A program made the translations under genes and the position numbers. A DNA stretch of 64,000 bases, taken from an uncultured Actinomycetota bacterium. Lineage in GTDB: Bacteria > Actinomycetota > Actinomycetes > JAHEKZ01. Below are positions 1 through 10,429 of the stretch, piece by piece. Numbering within the stretch: position 1 is the first letter of the stretch; each line of letters opens with the position of its first letter. Under the pieces are notes generated by a model that saw only the letters and a program-made list of their open reading frames with translations, had not been told where the DNA came from and searched no databases. The stretch lies in NCBI GenBank assembly GCA_963718235.1, contig CAVQYR010000001.1:640001-704000 (forward strand). The letters are read 5' to 3'.

Positions 1-59
1 GTGCGGCGCCCGTGCTGGCGCGCGGACTGCCACTCACCGCCGATGAACAGGTCCGGCAC
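1..59 (-). CDS. Aldehyde dehydrogenase, N-terminal fragment (runs off window edge)
   Basis: GTG at 59 preceded by a GAGGT RBS; translates MPDLFIGGEWQSARQHGRR, the typical ALDH N-terminus (LFIxGEW). Not in the ORF track. Confidence 0.7.
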   Translation of the reverse strand, partial: MPDLFIGGEWQSARQHGRR

Positions 60-86
60 GCTTACCTCGACTCGTGGTGCAATAGT

Positions 87-103
87 GTTGCGAATGGCGC
101 AAC
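87..103. promoter_or_regulatory. Putative IclR operator
   Basis: Palindrome GTTGCG-AATGG-CGCAAC between the ALDH promoter and start; extra half-site CGCAAC at 117-122; matching copy at 998-1014. Confidence 0.7.
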
Positions 104-122
104 GCCATGTGCTGTACGCAAC

Positions 123-151
123 ACAATGCTGAGGGCGGCCAAGCGCGTCAA
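123..151 (-). promoter_or_regulatory. Housekeeping-sigma promoter of the ALDH gene
   Basis: Minus strand TTGACG (151-146), 17-bp spacer, CATTGT (128-123). Confidence 0.55.
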
Positions 152-214
152 GGGTTGTGGCCGCACTGTGATCCACCCGTTGATCCAGCGGGGTTGCGAC
201 CCTCCCTCACCTGC

Positions 215-1006
215 TCAGCGGTTGGCCCATCCCATCCGGGCGGACACCTGGGCCCCAGCGGCCCGCACCGCGTCGATCACGGTGCCAGTCCCCTCGACGG
301 CGAGCCGGAAGCTGGGCCCCGAGACGCTCACCGACGCGATGATGTCGCCGTGCAGCGAGCGCACCGGTGCCGCGACGGCGGTGAGCCCGACCTCGAGCTC
401 GTCGACGGCGACGGCGAACCCGTCGCGGCGCGTCTCGTCCAGCGCGGCGATGAGCTCGGCCGGGGTCGACAGGGTGGCCGGGGTGTACTGCCGAAGGTCC
501 GAGCCGATCAGCCGTCGCACCTGGTCATCGGTCAGCCCGCCCAGCAGGACTCGTCCGTTCGCCGTAGCGTGGGCGGGGACCCGTTGGCCGATCCAGTTGT
601 GCAGCTGCACCGCGGTGGGTCCGGCCACCTGGTCGAGGTAGAGCACAGCGCCGTCGCTGAGCACCGCCAAGTTGACCGTCTCCCCGGTCCGAGCAGCCAG
701 GTCGCGGCAGATCGTCCGGGCCTCGGAGACGACGTCGAGCCGGGCGATCATGGCTCCGGCCAGTCGCAGGATGCCCGAGCCGAGGCGGTACTTGCCCCGC
801 TCGCCGTTCTGCTCGACGAGGTCACGAACCTCCAGTGCTGTGACCAGCCGGAAGGCGGTGGACTTGTGAACCCCCAGGAAGGTGGCGATCTCGGTCACCC
901 CCACCTCACCGGTGGAGGCGAGCAGCTCCAGGATCCGCCCGGCCCGGTCGACCGACTGCACGGTTGCGCTCGCAGCCTCCGCGGGGCCACCGCCGGTGTT
1001 GCTCAT
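215..1006 (-). CDS. IclR family transcriptional regulator
   Basis: VQSVDRA..GVTEIA..LGVHKSTAFRL HTH plus IclR effector domain (HATANGRVLL, DELEVGLTAVAAPV); start placed at ATG 1006, 6 nt after a TACCGT -10 box. Confidence 0.93.
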   Translation of the reverse strand: MSNTGGGPAEAASATVQSVDRAGRILELLASTGEVGVTEIATFLGVHKSTAFRLVTALEVRDLVEQNGERGKYRLGSGILRLAGAMIARLDVVSEARTICRDLAARTGETVNLAVLSDGAVLYLDQVAGPTAVQLHNWIGQRVPAHATANGRVLLGGLTDDQVRRLIGSDLRQYTPATLSTPAELIAALDETRRDGFAVAVDELEVGLTAVAAPVRSLHGDIIASVSVSGPSFRLAVEGTGTVIDAVRAAGAQVSARMGWANR

Positions 1007-1014
1007 GCCGCAAC
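998..1014. promoter_or_regulatory. Putative IclR autoregulatory operator overlapping its own start codon
   Basis: GTTGC-TCATGCC-GCAAC, same length and arms as the 87-103 palindrome. Confidence 0.65.
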
Positions 1015-1054
1015 GGTAGGGCACCAGGCGCACCCGGGGGTGGCTCGTCGGCGG

Positions 1055-1819
1055 TCAGCAGCCGAGGTCGACCCAGTGCGGCCGTGGGCCGACCCGCAGT
1101 CCGTGGGTCCTGGCCCGCACCTCGAGCCGGCTGCGGTACCCCTGCATGGTGCGGTGGGAGAAGTCGGTGTGCGTCATGCAGCGCCAGGACCGGTACCGCT
1201 CGTGGCGGAAGGGGCTCAGGAGGCTCTCCCCGTGCCCGATCACGTTCTTCACCGGGATGTCGAACCTCGCCATGAGCCAGACGGTCAGCCTCAGCGACGC
1301 GCGGCGCTGTAGGCGATTGCCCATCACCTGGCGGTCGCTGGTCCCGACGTGCTCGATGCCGACGGCGGTCTGGTTGAGGCCGATCGTATGGCGGCAGCGC
1401 AGTCCGAGGGGGACCGTGCGATAGATGGTCCCGTCGTCGTCGACGATGAAGTGCGTGCAGACCCCGGGGAACTCGTCGAGATTCTTGGTGTTGTTGGCCA
1501 TCGTCCACCAGGCGCTAAGCATCGTGGGCCCGTCGGTGTAGTGCTCGACGATCACCCTCGGATGGCGCAACCGGTGCTCCCGCTCGCCGTAGTGGCGCTT
1601 GGAGTAGCGAGCCATCTGCCGCATCCGGCGCTGCCCGAACGGAATCAGCTTGTCGACCAGGTGGGGTCGCAGTGCCGCAGACGACGTGGTCCTGCTGGCG
1701 GCGCCGGGCTCCGTACCGGCTGGTTGGCGTGCAGGCGTGGGTGCTGCCGTGGCCGAGGTCGTGAGCATCAGGACGGCCGTCAGCAGGGCCAGACCGGCCA
1801 CTGCCGACCGTGGCCTCAC
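1055..1819 (-). CDS. Secreted N-acetylmuramoyl-L-alanine amidase (Amidase_2/PGRP-like)
   Basis: Signal peptide; IVEHYT, THFIVD, HTIGLN..GIEH, VIGH and THTD Zn-amidase motifs. Confidence 0.8.
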   Translation of the reverse strand: MRPRSAVAGLALLTAVLMLTTSATAAPTPARQPAGTEPGAASRTTSSAALRPHLVDKLIPFGQRRMRQMARYSKRHYGEREHRLRHPRVIVEHYTDGPTMLSAWWTMANNTKNLDEFPGVCTHFIVDDDGTIYRTVPLGLRCRHTIGLNQTAVGIEHVGTSDRQVMGNRLQRRASLRLTVWLMARFDIPVKNVIGHGESLLSPFRHERYRSWRCMTHTDFSHRTMQGYRSRLEVRARTHGLRVGPRPHWVDLGC

Positions 1820-3069
1820 GCGGTTCCCTCGAGCGCGTCGCGCATGGCGACGAACTTCTGCTGGGTCTCGGCCAGCTCGTTCCCGGGTACCGAGCCCTCC
1901 ACGATCCCCGCGCCGGCGTACAGCCGCAGCAGCGGGCCGCTCACCGCAGCGCAGCGCAGGGCGATGCCGAAGGCCCCGTCACCGTGGGCGTCGACCCAGC
2001 CCACCGGGCCGGCGTAACGGCCGCGGTCCATACCCTCGAGCTCGGCGATGAGCGCGCGGGCCGCGCCGGTCGGGGTCCCGCACACCGCGGCCGTGGGGTG
2101 CAGGGCCGCCGCGAGGTCGAGGGCCGTCTCGCCGTTGTTGAGGCGCCCGGTCACATCGGTCTGCAGGTGCGAGACGTTGGCGAGTCGCACGATCTCTGGG
2201 GTGCGCGGAACCACCAGGTCGGAGCAGAACGGGCCCAGGGCATCGGCGACCGACCGGACCGAGAGCGAGTGCTCCGAGCGGTCCTTAGTCGAGCCCAGGA
2301 GCTCAGCCGCGTGCTGGGCGTCGGTGACCGGGTCCGCCCCACGTCCGATCGTGCCGGCGAGCACCCGGGAGACGACGTGGTCGTCGGTGCGCCGCATGAG
2401 CAGCTCCGGGGTCGAACCGACCAGGCCGTCCACGGCGAAGGTCCAGCAGTGGGGGTAGCTGCGGGCCAGCGGCTCGAGCAGTGCGCGGACGTCGACGTCG
2501 TGCTGGGCCACGGCGACCAGGTCACGGGCCAGCACGACCTTGTCCAGCCGGCCCTGCCGGATGAGCGAGACCGCCCGGGCCACGGCCGCCTCGTAGCCGG
2601 CGGCACCGACCTGCCCGTCGGACCAGGCGACCTCCCCGATCGGTTCGGGGGAGTCGACCGACGGTGCGGTGGATGCGCCGTCGACGGCGGTGACCCAGGC
2701 GGCGCCGTCGCGCCGACCGACCACGACGGAGGGGACGACGACCACCGAGGCGGTGGGACCCTCGGCGAAGGTGAACGAGGCGAACGCCACGGGACCGCTG
2801 CCGGGGACCCCGACGACGTCATCGACCTGCATGTGCGCGACCTGCTCGGCCCACCAACGGGCTGCGGTGGCGAACCGGTCGGGCCCGCTGACCTCGAGTC
2901 GCGCGCTCTCGCCCCAGGCGACCAGGCCGTCGCCGTTGCGCAACCAGGCGAGTCCGCCCGCGACGGGCAGGCGCGCGAGCAGGTCGCCGGGGTCGTCGAC
3001 CGGCACCGAGCGGACCCGAAGCGGGACTCGCTGCGGCGTGAGGGCCGGGCGACGGACAGTGGTGCTCAC
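1816..3069 (-). CDS. menF: Isochorismate synthase
   Basis: Chorismate-binding motifs KVVLAR, GSTPELL, LAGT, LHPTAAVCG, RGRYAGPVGW, LRCA, AGAGIV; start GTG 3069; lies near menG and menJ. Confidence 0.85.
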   Translation of the reverse strand: MSTTVRRPALTPQRVPLRVRSVPVDDPGDLLARLPVAGGLAWLRNGDGLVAWGESARLEVSGPDRFATAARWWAEQVAHMQVDDVVGVPGSGPVAFASFTFAEGPTASVVVVPSVVVGRRDGAAWVTAVDGASTAPSVDSPEPIGEVAWSDGQVGAAGYEAAVARAVSLIRQGRLDKVVLARDLVAVAQHDVDVRALLEPLARSYPHCWTFAVDGLVGSTPELLMRRTDDHVVSRVLAGTIGRGADPVTDAQHAAELLGSTKDRSEHSLSVRSVADALGPFCSDLVVPRTPEIVRLANVSHLQTDVTGRLNNGETALDLAAALHPTAAVCGTPTGAARALIAELEGMDRGRYAGPVGWVDAHGDGAFGIALRCAAVSGPLLRLYAGAGIVEGSVPGNELAETQQKFVAMRDALEGTA

Positions 3070-3130
3070 GATGCTCCAGCGTAGGACCGCCTGGCCGCTG
3101 TCGCGCGTCCGGGCGAGCGGGTTTGGTGGC

Positions 3131-4423
3131 TCAGGTGGCCGGGAACAGGCCGAGCCGAGCGTGGTACTCCTTGGCGAGCCGGGTGGTGTCCGAGCCGATG
3201 TACAGCCCGCGGGACGTGGCCACCAGCTCCTGCGCCCCGACCCCACGAGCCCGGCCCGGGTTCCAGGCGAGGGCGCTGCCGTCGATCGGGCTGACCGCCC
3301 CCACCCCCTCGCGAGGCACCGCGTTGGGCCCGGCGCAGTTGCTGCAGTACGGGTTGTTCAGCCACCGCTGGTGGCCACCCACGTAGACGGCTGCGGGAGT
3401 CACTGCCACCGACCACAAGGTGTCGCCGCCGGTGTAGTTGACCCACGTCGGCTGGGCGCTGGTGGACGTCGGGGTCAGCTCCCACCGTGAGACCGTGTCG
3501 CACAGACCGGCGCTCGACGGGGATGCGTAGCCGCCCCGGGCGGACAAAGCGAACCAGTCGTTGGTCGGCGCGATCTCGACGTCGGTGAAGAAGAAGGACA
3601 CTGACGCACCGCACGCGTACGACGTGCGGGGGCTCTGCCAGGGGGTCAGCGTGTTGCTCTGCAGGTCGATGATCGCGACCTGGTTGCGGCTCACCCCGGC
3701 GACGGTCAGGAAGTTGCCGAGGACGATCAGGTACCGGCCGTCAGTCGTCGCATCCATCTCCCACACGAACGAGTTGGGCTGGACGGCGGGCTTGCGAGAT
3801 CCAGCGACGGGCAGGTCGAAGCCAGTGGCCACCGCGCCGGTCACGGCGTTCACCGAGGCCAGGCCCTGACGGGACACCCCGCCGATGCTGGTGAACTCGC
3901 CACCCACGAGCAGGCGGTTGCCTCTCAGGAGGACCTTGTTGACCGTGCTGTTCGTGACGGCGGAGAACGCACGGATCCGCGAACCGTCGGCCAGGCTCAG
4001 CTTGACGAGCCCCCGCTGGGCCTTTCCGTTGACGGTCCGGAAGGCGCCGCCGACGATCACCGCACCCGGCTCGGGTGCGGCGACGACCGTCTCGACCCTG
4101 CCGTCGAGCACGGGGGCGAACGCGCCGAGGACCCGTCCGGTCGAGGCGTCGTAGGCGATCAGGTTGGACCGATTGATGGTCGCCGTGTTGGCCGCGTTGC
4201 GCACCTGGGTGAAGGAGCCGCCGACCACCACGGTGCCGCCGACCTCCGCGATCGCGCGCACGGTGCCGTCGAGCACGTGGGGGGTGTTGTCGACCGGGTT
4301 GGCCGAGACCACCTTGGGGAGCGGAGCGCTCACGGCGGTCGCCGGGGCAGCGACGGACCCGAGGACGAGCGCGGTCGGCAGGGCCAGGACCCCGGCGAGG
4401 AGCCATCTCCTGGACTGGACCAT
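3131..4423 (-). CDS. Secreted protein, probable beta-propeller
   Basis: N-terminal signal peptide; recurring VVVGGSF / IVGGAF / LVGGEF / VLGNF / YVGGH blade-like motifs; paired Cys. Confidence 0.7.
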   Translation of the reverse strand: MVQSRRWLLAGVLALPTALVLGSVAAPATAVSAPLPKVVSANPVDNTPHVLDGTVRAIAEVGGTVVVGGSFTQVRNAANTATINRSNLIAYDASTGRVLGAFAPVLDGRVETVVAAPEPGAVIVGGAFRTVNGKAQRGLVKLSLADGSRIRAFSAVTNSTVNKVLLRGNRLLVGGEFTSIGGVSRQGLASVNAVTGAVATGFDLPVAGSRKPAVQPNSFVWEMDATTDGRYLIVLGNFLTVAGVSRNQVAIIDLQSNTLTPWQSPRTSYACGASVSFFFTDVEIAPTNDWFALSARGGYASPSSAGLCDTVSRWELTPTSTSAQPTWVNYTGGDTLWSVAVTPAAVYVGGHQRWLNNPYCSNCAGPNAVPREGVGAVSPIDGSALAWNPGRARGVGAQELVATSRGLYIGSDTTRLAKEYHARLGLFPAT

Positions 4424-4544
4424 GTATGTCCCCGTTCCGGTGCGTCGAGCGGTCGGTCGAAGGCTACTGGCTCCCGCGGTCAGATCCTCCGGAGCGCGCC
4501 GAGGGGTGGATGGGGCGCGGTATGCGGTCGGTCACACTGGGTCG

Positions 4545-5237
4545 GTGTCCACCGCCGATCTGATGAAGCACCCCGCCGACGTCGCCGCCATGTTCGACCA
4601 GGTCGCGGACCGCTACGACCTGGCCAACGACGTGCTGTCGCTGGGTCAGGACCGGCGCTGGCGCCGGATGGTCGTCCAGGCAGTGGACCCTCGCCCGGGG
4701 CAGCGAATCCTCGACCTTGCCGCGGGCACGGGTACGTCGAGCGAGCCGTTCGCCCGGGCCGGCGCCGAGGTCGTGCCCTGCGACTTCTCGCTGGGGATGC
4801 TGCAGGTCGGGAAGCGACGCAACCCGAAGCGAGCGTTCACGGCAGGTGACGGGATGAGGCTCCCGTTCGCTGACCATGCGTTCGACGCGGTCACGATCTC
4901 GTTCGGGTTACGCAACATCCACGACCCGCACGCGGGGCTCGGCGAGATGCTGCGCGTCACGCGCCCCGGCGGTCGGCTGGTCGTGTGCGAGTTCAGCCAT
5001 CCCACCTCGGCGCCGTTTCGCACGCTGTACCTCGAGTACCTCATGAAGGCGCTCCCGCGGATGGCCCAGGCCGTCTCCAGCAACCCGGTGGCGTACGTGT
5101 ACCTGGCCGAGTCGATCCGGGCCTGGCCCGACCAGGCCCAGCTGGCGCACTGGCTGGGCCGGGCCGGTTGGCAGCACGTCGCCTGGCGGGACGTGTCGGG
5201 GGGGATCGTCACGCTGCACCGGGGGACCAAGCCCTAG
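4545..5237 (+). CDS. menG: Demethylmenaquinone methyltransferase (UbiE/MenG)
   Basis: [25 protein letters not shown] motif, ISFGLRN, YLAESI; start GTG 4545 after a CACACT -10 box. Confidence 0.93.
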   Translation: MSTADLMKHPADVAAMFDQVADRYDLANDVLSLGQDRRWRRMVVQAVDPRPGQRILDLAAGTGTSSEPFARAGAEVVPCDFSLGMLQVGKRRNPKRAFTAGDGMRLPFADHAFDAVTISFGLRNIHDPHAGLGEMLRVTRPGGRLVVCEFSHPTSAPFRTLYLEYLMKALPRMAQAVSSNPVAYVYLAESIRAWPDQAQLAHWLGRAGWQHVAWRDVSGGIVTLHRGTKP

Positions 5238-5304
5238 GCAGACGCTGAGTGCCTCGGCAGTGCCGGTCTGCGGGCCTCGACTGCGCGTCCTACACTGCAA
5301 CTGC

Positions 5305-5322
5305 TCGTGAAGGCTTTCACAA
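5305..5322. promoter_or_regulatory. Rex operator (ROP)
   Basis: TCGTGAA-GGCT-TTCACAA, one mismatch to the Rex consensus TTGTGAA-N4-TTCACAA, just downstream of a TACACT -10 box (5291-5296). Confidence 0.8.
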
Positions 5323-5343
5323 GCGCGCCCCCTGCGAGGACCC

Positions 5344-6651
5344 GTGACTGCGACTGCCCGCCCGGCCGACCGCCGCGACGACGCCGACGTGATCGTCGTC
5401 GGTGCCGGGCCCGCCGGCTCGACGACGGCCCACCACCTGGCCCGGTCGGGCCTGGACGTCCTGCTCCTGGAGAAGACCGCGTTCCCCCGGGAGAAGGTCT
5501 GCGGTGACGGACTCACCCCCCGCGCGGTCAAGGAGCTGCTAGCGATCGGTGTCGAGCCGAGCGCCGAGAGCGGCTGGGTCCGCAACCACGGCCTGCGGAT
5601 CATCGGGGGTGGCATGCGCCTGGAGCTGCCGTGGCCGGAGCTCTCGTCGTTTCCGGACTACGGGCTCGTCCGCACCAGGACCGACTTCGACGAGATCGTC
5701 GCCCGGCAGGCCCAGAAGGCCGGAGCCCGGCTCCACGAACGGACCACGGTCACCGGGCCCGTCCTCGACGCCCAAGGGTCGATCGTCGGGGTGACCGCGC
5801 GAACCACCGAGCCGGACGGTGCCCGCGGACCCGCCACCGAGTTCCGGGCTCCACTGGTGGTCGCTGCGGACGGCAACTCCACCCGGCTGTCCCTGGCGAT
5901 GGGACTGCGCAAGCGCGACGACCGGCCCATGGGGGTGGCCGTGCGCACGTACTACACGAGCCCGCGCACCGACGACGACTGGCTGGAGTCCTGGCTGGAG
6001 CTGTGGCAGGAGCACGAGGGCGGCGCCCGCAGCCTGCTGCCCGGCTACGGCTGGATCTTCGGTGTCGGGGACGGCACCGTCAACGTCGGACTCGGAATCC
6101 TCAACTCCAGCTCGGCCTTCGGCCGAGTCGACTACCGCAACCTGCTCACGAGCTGGGTCGAGAGCACGCCGGAGGAGTGGGGCCTGCGGGAGGCCAACCG
6201 CACCCAGCCGGTCCGCGGCGCCGCGCTGCCGATGGGCTTCAACCGGACCCCTCACTACACGCGAGGTCTCCTGCTGGTCGGCGACGCCGGGGGGATGGTC
6301 AACCCGTTCAACGGGGAGGGCATCGCGTACGCCATGGAGTCGGGGCGGATGGCGGCCGACGTCATCGTCCAGGCTGCGGGCCGGGAGACCGCGTCCTCCC
6401 GTGAGCGAGCCCTGGAGGCCTACCCGCAGGCCCTCAAGGACGCGTACGGCGGCTACTACACGCTGGGGCGGGTCTTCGTGAAGCTGATCGGCCACCCCTC
6501 GGTGATGAAGGTGGCCACCCGCCACGGGCTCCCGCACCCGACGCTGATGCGGTTCACCCTGAAGCTGCTCGCCAACCTGACCGACCCCCGAGACGGCGAC
6601 GCCATGGACCGGGTCATCAACGCCCTGACGAAGGTGGCCCCCGCCGCGTGA
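5344..6651 (+). CDS. menJ: Geranylgeranyl reductase family protein, menaquinone reductase
   Basis: GAGPAG FAD motif, FPREKVCGDGLT, GYGWIF, GDAGGMVNPFNGEGI; sits between menG and nuoA. Confidence 0.85.
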   Translation: MTATARPADRRDDADVIVVGAGPAGSTTAHHLARSGLDVLLLEKTAFPREKVCGDGLTPRAVKELLAIGVEPSAESGWVRNHGLRIIGGGMRLELPWPELSSFPDYGLVRTRTDFDEIVARQAQKAGARLHERTTVTGPVLDAQGSIVGVTARTTEPDGARGPATEFRAPLVVAADGNSTRLSLAMGLRKRDDRPMGVAVRTYYTSPRTDDDWLESWLELWQEHEGGARSLLPGYGWIFGVGDGTVNVGLGILNSSSAFGRVDYRNLLTSWVESTPEEWGLREANRTQPVRGAALPMGFNRTPHYTRGLLLVGDAGGMVNPFNGEGIAYAMESGRMAADVIVQAAGRETASSRERALEAYPQALKDAYGGYYTLGRVFVKLIGHPSVMKVATRHGLPHPTLMRFTLKLLANLTDPRDGDAMDRVINALTKVAPAA

Positions 6652-6733
6652 CCGGGAGCCACGTCCCTAGGATGGGCGCCGGTCCGGAGCCGGTCGCCGG
6701 GCGTCACGACTTTCGGGAAAGGGGCCGTGCACG

Positions 6734-7093
6734 ATGAACGCTGCGGTGCCGATCCTCTTCCTCGGGGCACTGGCCCTGGGGTTCGCGGTCTTCTCCATCA
6801 TCGCCGGCGCAGTGTCGGGTCCGAAGCGGTACAACCGGGTCAAGCTCGACTCCTACGAGTGCGGCATCGAGCCCACGCCGCAACCGGTCGGTGGCGGTCG
6901 GTTCCCGGTCAAGTACTTCCTGATCGCGATGCTGTTCATCCTGTTCGACATCGAGATCGTCTTCCTCTACCCGTGGGCGGTCGCCTTCGACCAGCTCGGG
7001 CTGTTCGGCCTGGTGGAGATGGTGCTGTTCATCACGACGCTCGCCATCGCCTACGTGTACGTGTGGCGCCGCGGCGGGCTCGAGTGGGACTGA
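6734..7093 (+). CDS. nuoA: NADH-quinone oxidoreductase subunit A
   Basis: [19 protein letters not shown]. Confidence 0.96.
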   Translation: MNAAVPILFLGALALGFAVFSIIAGAVSGPKRYNRVKLDSYECGIEPTPQPVGGGRFPVKYFLIAMLFILFDIEIVFLYPWAVAFDQLGLFGLVEMVLFITTLAIAYVYVWRRGGLEWD

Positions 7094-7121
7094 TGCCGGT
7101 GAGCAGAGAGGGGACCGCCTG

Positions 7122-7676
7122 ATGGGCCTGGAGGAGAAGCTCCCCAGCGGAGTGCTGCTGACCTCGGTCGAGCTGTTCGCCGGCTGGGCGCGCAAGAGCT
7201 CGCTGTGGCCGGCGACGTTCGGTCTCGCCTGCTGCGCGATCGAGATGATGGCGACCGGCGCGGGTCGCTACGACCTGGCCCGCTTCGGCATGGAGGTGTT
7301 CCGGGCGTCGCCGCGCCAGGCTGACCTGATGATCGTGGCCGGTCGGGTGAGCCAGAAGATGGCACCGGTCCTGCGTCAGATCTACGACCAGATGGCCGAA
7401 CCCAAGTGGGTCATCTCGATGGGTGCCTGCGCCTCGAGCGGCGGCATGTTCAACAACTACGCGATCGTGCAGGGTGTCGACCACGTCGTCCCCGTCGACA
7501 TCTACCTGCCCGGATGCCCACCCCGGCCCGAGATGCTGCTCGATGCGATCCTGAAGCTGCACGACGAGATCCAGCACACCAAGCTCGGCGCCCACCGCAA
7601 GCGCGAGCTCGACGAGCTCGAGGCATCGGCGCTGACGGCGGTCCCGACGAGCGCGATGAAGGGGCTGCTGGCGTGA
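7122..7676 (+). CDS. nuoB: NADH-quinone oxidoreductase subunit B
   Basis: [22 protein letters not shown]. Confidence 0.96.
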   Translation: MGLEEKLPSGVLLTSVELFAGWARKSSLWPATFGLACCAIEMMATGAGRYDLARFGMEVFRASPRQADLMIVAGRVSQKMAPVLRQIYDQMAEPKWVISMGACASSGGMFNNYAIVQGVDHVVPVDIYLPGCPPRPEMLLDAILKLHDEIQHTKLGAHRKRELDELEASALTAVPTSAMKGLLA

Positions 7677-8380
7677 CCGACCCGCACGACGACCCCGCGC
7701 TTCCGGCCGTGCCGGAGGACGCCCCGATCACCTTGGACGTGGTCGAGGTGCGGCACGGCATGTTCGGGGCGGGCGACGCTGGTGACACCAGTGGCTACGG
7801 GGGCCTGGTCGCCCCGGTCCTGGCCGCTCCGCCGGCATCCCGGCCGTACGGAGGGTGGTTCGACGAGGTCGCCGACGCCCTGGTCGCTGCCCTGCCGGGC
7901 TACGACGAGGCCGTCGAGAAGGTCGTCGTGGCCCACGACGAGCTGACATTCTTCGTCGCCCGCGAGCACCTCGTCGAGTTCGCCCAGCACCTGCGTGACG
8001 ACCCCGCACTGCGGTTCGAGATGTGTCTGGGGGTCAGCGGAGTCCACTGGCCGCACGAGTCCGGCCGTGAGCTGCACGCGGTGTACCCGTTCCTGTCGAT
8101 CACGCACAACCGACGGGTCCGGGTCACTGTGACGTGCCCTGACGCCGACCCGCACATCCCCTCGATCTACTCGGTGTACCCGGCCAACGACTGGCACGAG
8201 CGTGAGACCTACGACTTCTTCGGCATCATCTTCGACGGGCACCCGTCGCTGACCAGGATCGAGATGCCCGACGACTGGCCCGGGCACCCGCAGCGCAAGG
8301 ACTACCCGCTGGGTGGCATCCCGGTCGAGTACAAGGGTGCCGAGATCCCACCGCCGGACGAGCGGAGGCAGTACTTCTGA
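7673..8380 (+). CDS. nuoC: NADH-quinone oxidoreductase subunit C
   Basis: [22 protein letters not shown]; GTG start overlaps the nuoB stop. Confidence 0.94.
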   Translation: MTDPHDDPALPAVPEDAPITLDVVEVRHGMFGAGDAGDTSGYGGLVAPVLAAPPASRPYGGWFDEVADALVAALPGYDEAVEKVVVAHDELTFFVAREHLVEFAQHLRDDPALRFEMCLGVSGVHWPHESGRELHAVYPFLSITHNRRVRVTVTCPDADPHIPSIYSVYPANDWHERETYDFFGIIFDGHPSLTRIEMPDDWPGHPQRKDYPLGGIPVEYKGAEIPPPDERRQYF

Positions 8381-9741
8381 TGACCACGACCGACCAGCAC
8401 CCCTATGACGACCCCGACGTCTCCGCGCCGTCACGGGAGACCACCGAGGGCCGCATCTACACCGTGACCGGCGGCGACTGGGACACGTTCGCGGCAGAGG
8501 CGGCCGAGTCGGGTGAGGGCACGCTCGTCGTCAACATGGGGCCGCAGCACCCCTCGACCCACGGTGTGCTCCGGCTGATCCTCGAGCTCGACGGCGAGAC
8601 CGTGCGCGAGACGCGCTGCGGCATCGGCTACCTGCACACCGGGATCGAGAAGAACCTGGAGTTCCGCACCTGGACGCAGGGCGTCACCTTCGTGACCCGG
8701 ATGGACTACCTGTCGCCGTTCTACAACGAGACCGCCTACAGCATGGCCGTGGAGAAGCTGCTGGGGATCACCGACGACGTCCCTCGCCGGGCCAACCTGC
8801 TGCGGATCCTGCTCATGGAGCTCAACCGGATCTCCTCGCACCTGGTGTGCATCGCGACCGGCGGCATGGAGATCGGCGCCCTCACCGTGATGACGATCGG
8901 CTTCCGGGAGCGCGAGCTGGTGCTCGACCTGTTCGAGCTGATCACCGGACTCCGGCTCAACCACGCCTACGTGCGCCCTGGAGGCGTCGCCCAGGACCTC
9001 CCGGACGGTGCGTACGAGGACATCCGCGACTTCTACGTGCTCATGTCCGAGCGGATCAAGGACTACATCGACCTGTGCAACGAGAACCCGATCTTCAAGG
9101 GGCGGTTGCAGGACGTCGGGTACCTCGACCTGGCCGGGTGCATGGCCCTGGGCATGACCGGGCCGGTGCTCCGCTCCACGGGGCTGCCCTGGGACCTCCG
9201 CCGCACCCAGCCGTACCTCGGCTACGACGAGCTCGAGTTCGACGTCCCCACGTGGGACACCTGCGACGCCTACGGGCGCTTCCGGATCCGGCTGGAGGAG
9301 ATGGTCGAGTCCCTGCGCATCATCAAGCAGGTGGCCATCGCGCTCGAGGACGAGGGGCCGGGGCCGGTCATGGTCGGCGACCCCAAGATCGCGTGGCCGG
9401 CGCAGCTGTCCCTCGGCCCCGACGGGCTGGGCAACTCCCGCGCGCACATCGAGCACATCATGACCCAGTCGATGGAGGCGCTCATCCATCACTTCAAGCT
9501 CGTCACCGAGGGCTTCCGGGTGCCGGCCGGGCAGGTCTACGCGGCGATCGAGTCACCGCGGGGCGAGCTCGGTGCGCAGGTCACCAGCGACGGCGGCACA
9601 CGCCCCTACCGGATGCACATGCGCGACCCCTCGTTCAACAACCTGCAGGCCACGGCGGCCATGTGCGACGGCAGCCAGATCGCCGACGTGATCGTGGCCG
9701 TGGCATCGATCGACCCGGTCATGGGCGGTGTCGACCGATGA
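8380..9741 (+). CDS. nuoD: NADH-quinone oxidoreductase subunit D
   Basis: [35 protein letters not shown]. Confidence 0.96.
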   Translation: MTTTDQHPYDDPDVSAPSRETTEGRIYTVTGGDWDTFAAEAAESGEGTLVVNMGPQHPSTHGVLRLILELDGETVRETRCGIGYLHTGIEKNLEFRTWTQGVTFVTRMDYLSPFYNETAYSMAVEKLLGITDDVPRRANLLRILLMELNRISSHLVCIATGGMEIGALTVMTIGFRERELVLDLFELITGLRLNHAYVRPGGVAQDLPDGAYEDIRDFYVLMSERIKDYIDLCNENPIFKGRLQDVGYLDLAGCMALGMTGPVLRSTGLPWDLRRTQPYLGYDELEFDVPTWDTCDAYGRFRIRLEEMVESLRIIKQVAIALEDEGPGPVMVGDPKIAWPAQLSLGPDGLGNSRAHIEHIMTQSMEALIHHFKLVTEGFRVPAGQVYAAIESPRGELGAQVTSDGGTRPYRMHMRDPSFNNLQATAAMCDGSQIADVIVAVASIDPVMGGVDR

Positions 9742-9772
9742 GGCCGACCACCAGGGGAAGGTGAACTCAGCA

Positions 9773-10426
9773 ATGGCGATCAGCGACCCCGTGCGTGGGC
9801 AGATGCGCGAGATCCGCGCGCGGTACCCGCGCAATCGCTCGGCCGTGATGCCGTGCCTGCACCTCGCTCAGTCGGTCGAGGGGTACATCAGCCCCGAGGC
9901 GATCGGCGTCGTCGCCGAGGAGCTCGACCTGACCCAGGCCGAGGTCACCGCGGTCGCCACCTTCTACACGATGTACCTGCGGGGTCAGGGCGGGGAGTAC
10001 CGGATCGGCGTCTGCATCAACTCCCTGTGCGCGATCCTGGGTGGTGACGACATCTGGGAGTCACTGGTCGACTACGTCGGAGTGGGCAACTTCGAGACGA
10101 CGCCCGACGGCAAGATCTCGCTGGAGCGGATCGAGTGCCAGGCGGCATGCACCCACGCTCCGGTGATGACGGTCAACTGGGAGTTCCTGGACAACCAGAC
10201 GCCCGAGAGCGCCCGCGAGCTCGTCGAGACCATCCGAAGCGGCGGCCCGGTGGCCAGCACCCGTGGGCCACGGGAGGTCGCGTCGTTCGCAACGGTCGGC
10301 GAGGCCCTCGCCGGCGTCGATGACCGGCTGGCCGACTCCGACGTCGGGCTGGACGACCTCACCCTGGTCGGGCTGCGGGTCGCACGTGAGCGCGGACACT
10401 CCGCACCACCGGTCGGGGAGGACTGA
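9773..10426 (+). CDS. nuoE: NADH-quinone oxidoreductase subunit E
   Basis: VATFYTMY, CINSLC and CQAAC 2Fe-2S ligands; start uncertain (9761 or 9773). Confidence 0.92.
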   Translation: MAISDPVRGQMREIRARYPRNRSAVMPCLHLAQSVEGYISPEAIGVVAEELDLTQAEVTAVATFYTMYLRGQGGEYRIGVCINSLCAILGGDDIWESLVDYVGVGNFETTPDGKISLERIECQAACTHAPVMTVNWEFLDNQTPESARELVETIRSGGPVASTRGPREVASFATVGEALAGVDDRLADSDVGLDDLTLVGLRVARERGHSAPPVGED

Positions 10427-10429
10427 GCC

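Noticed and set aside
9738-9764. ATGA-coupled micro-[11 protein letters not shown] after nuoD, a possible nuoE frameshift
   Set aside because: nuoE has a plausible in-frame start at 9761 or 9773 with AAGGTG upstream and a complete domain.
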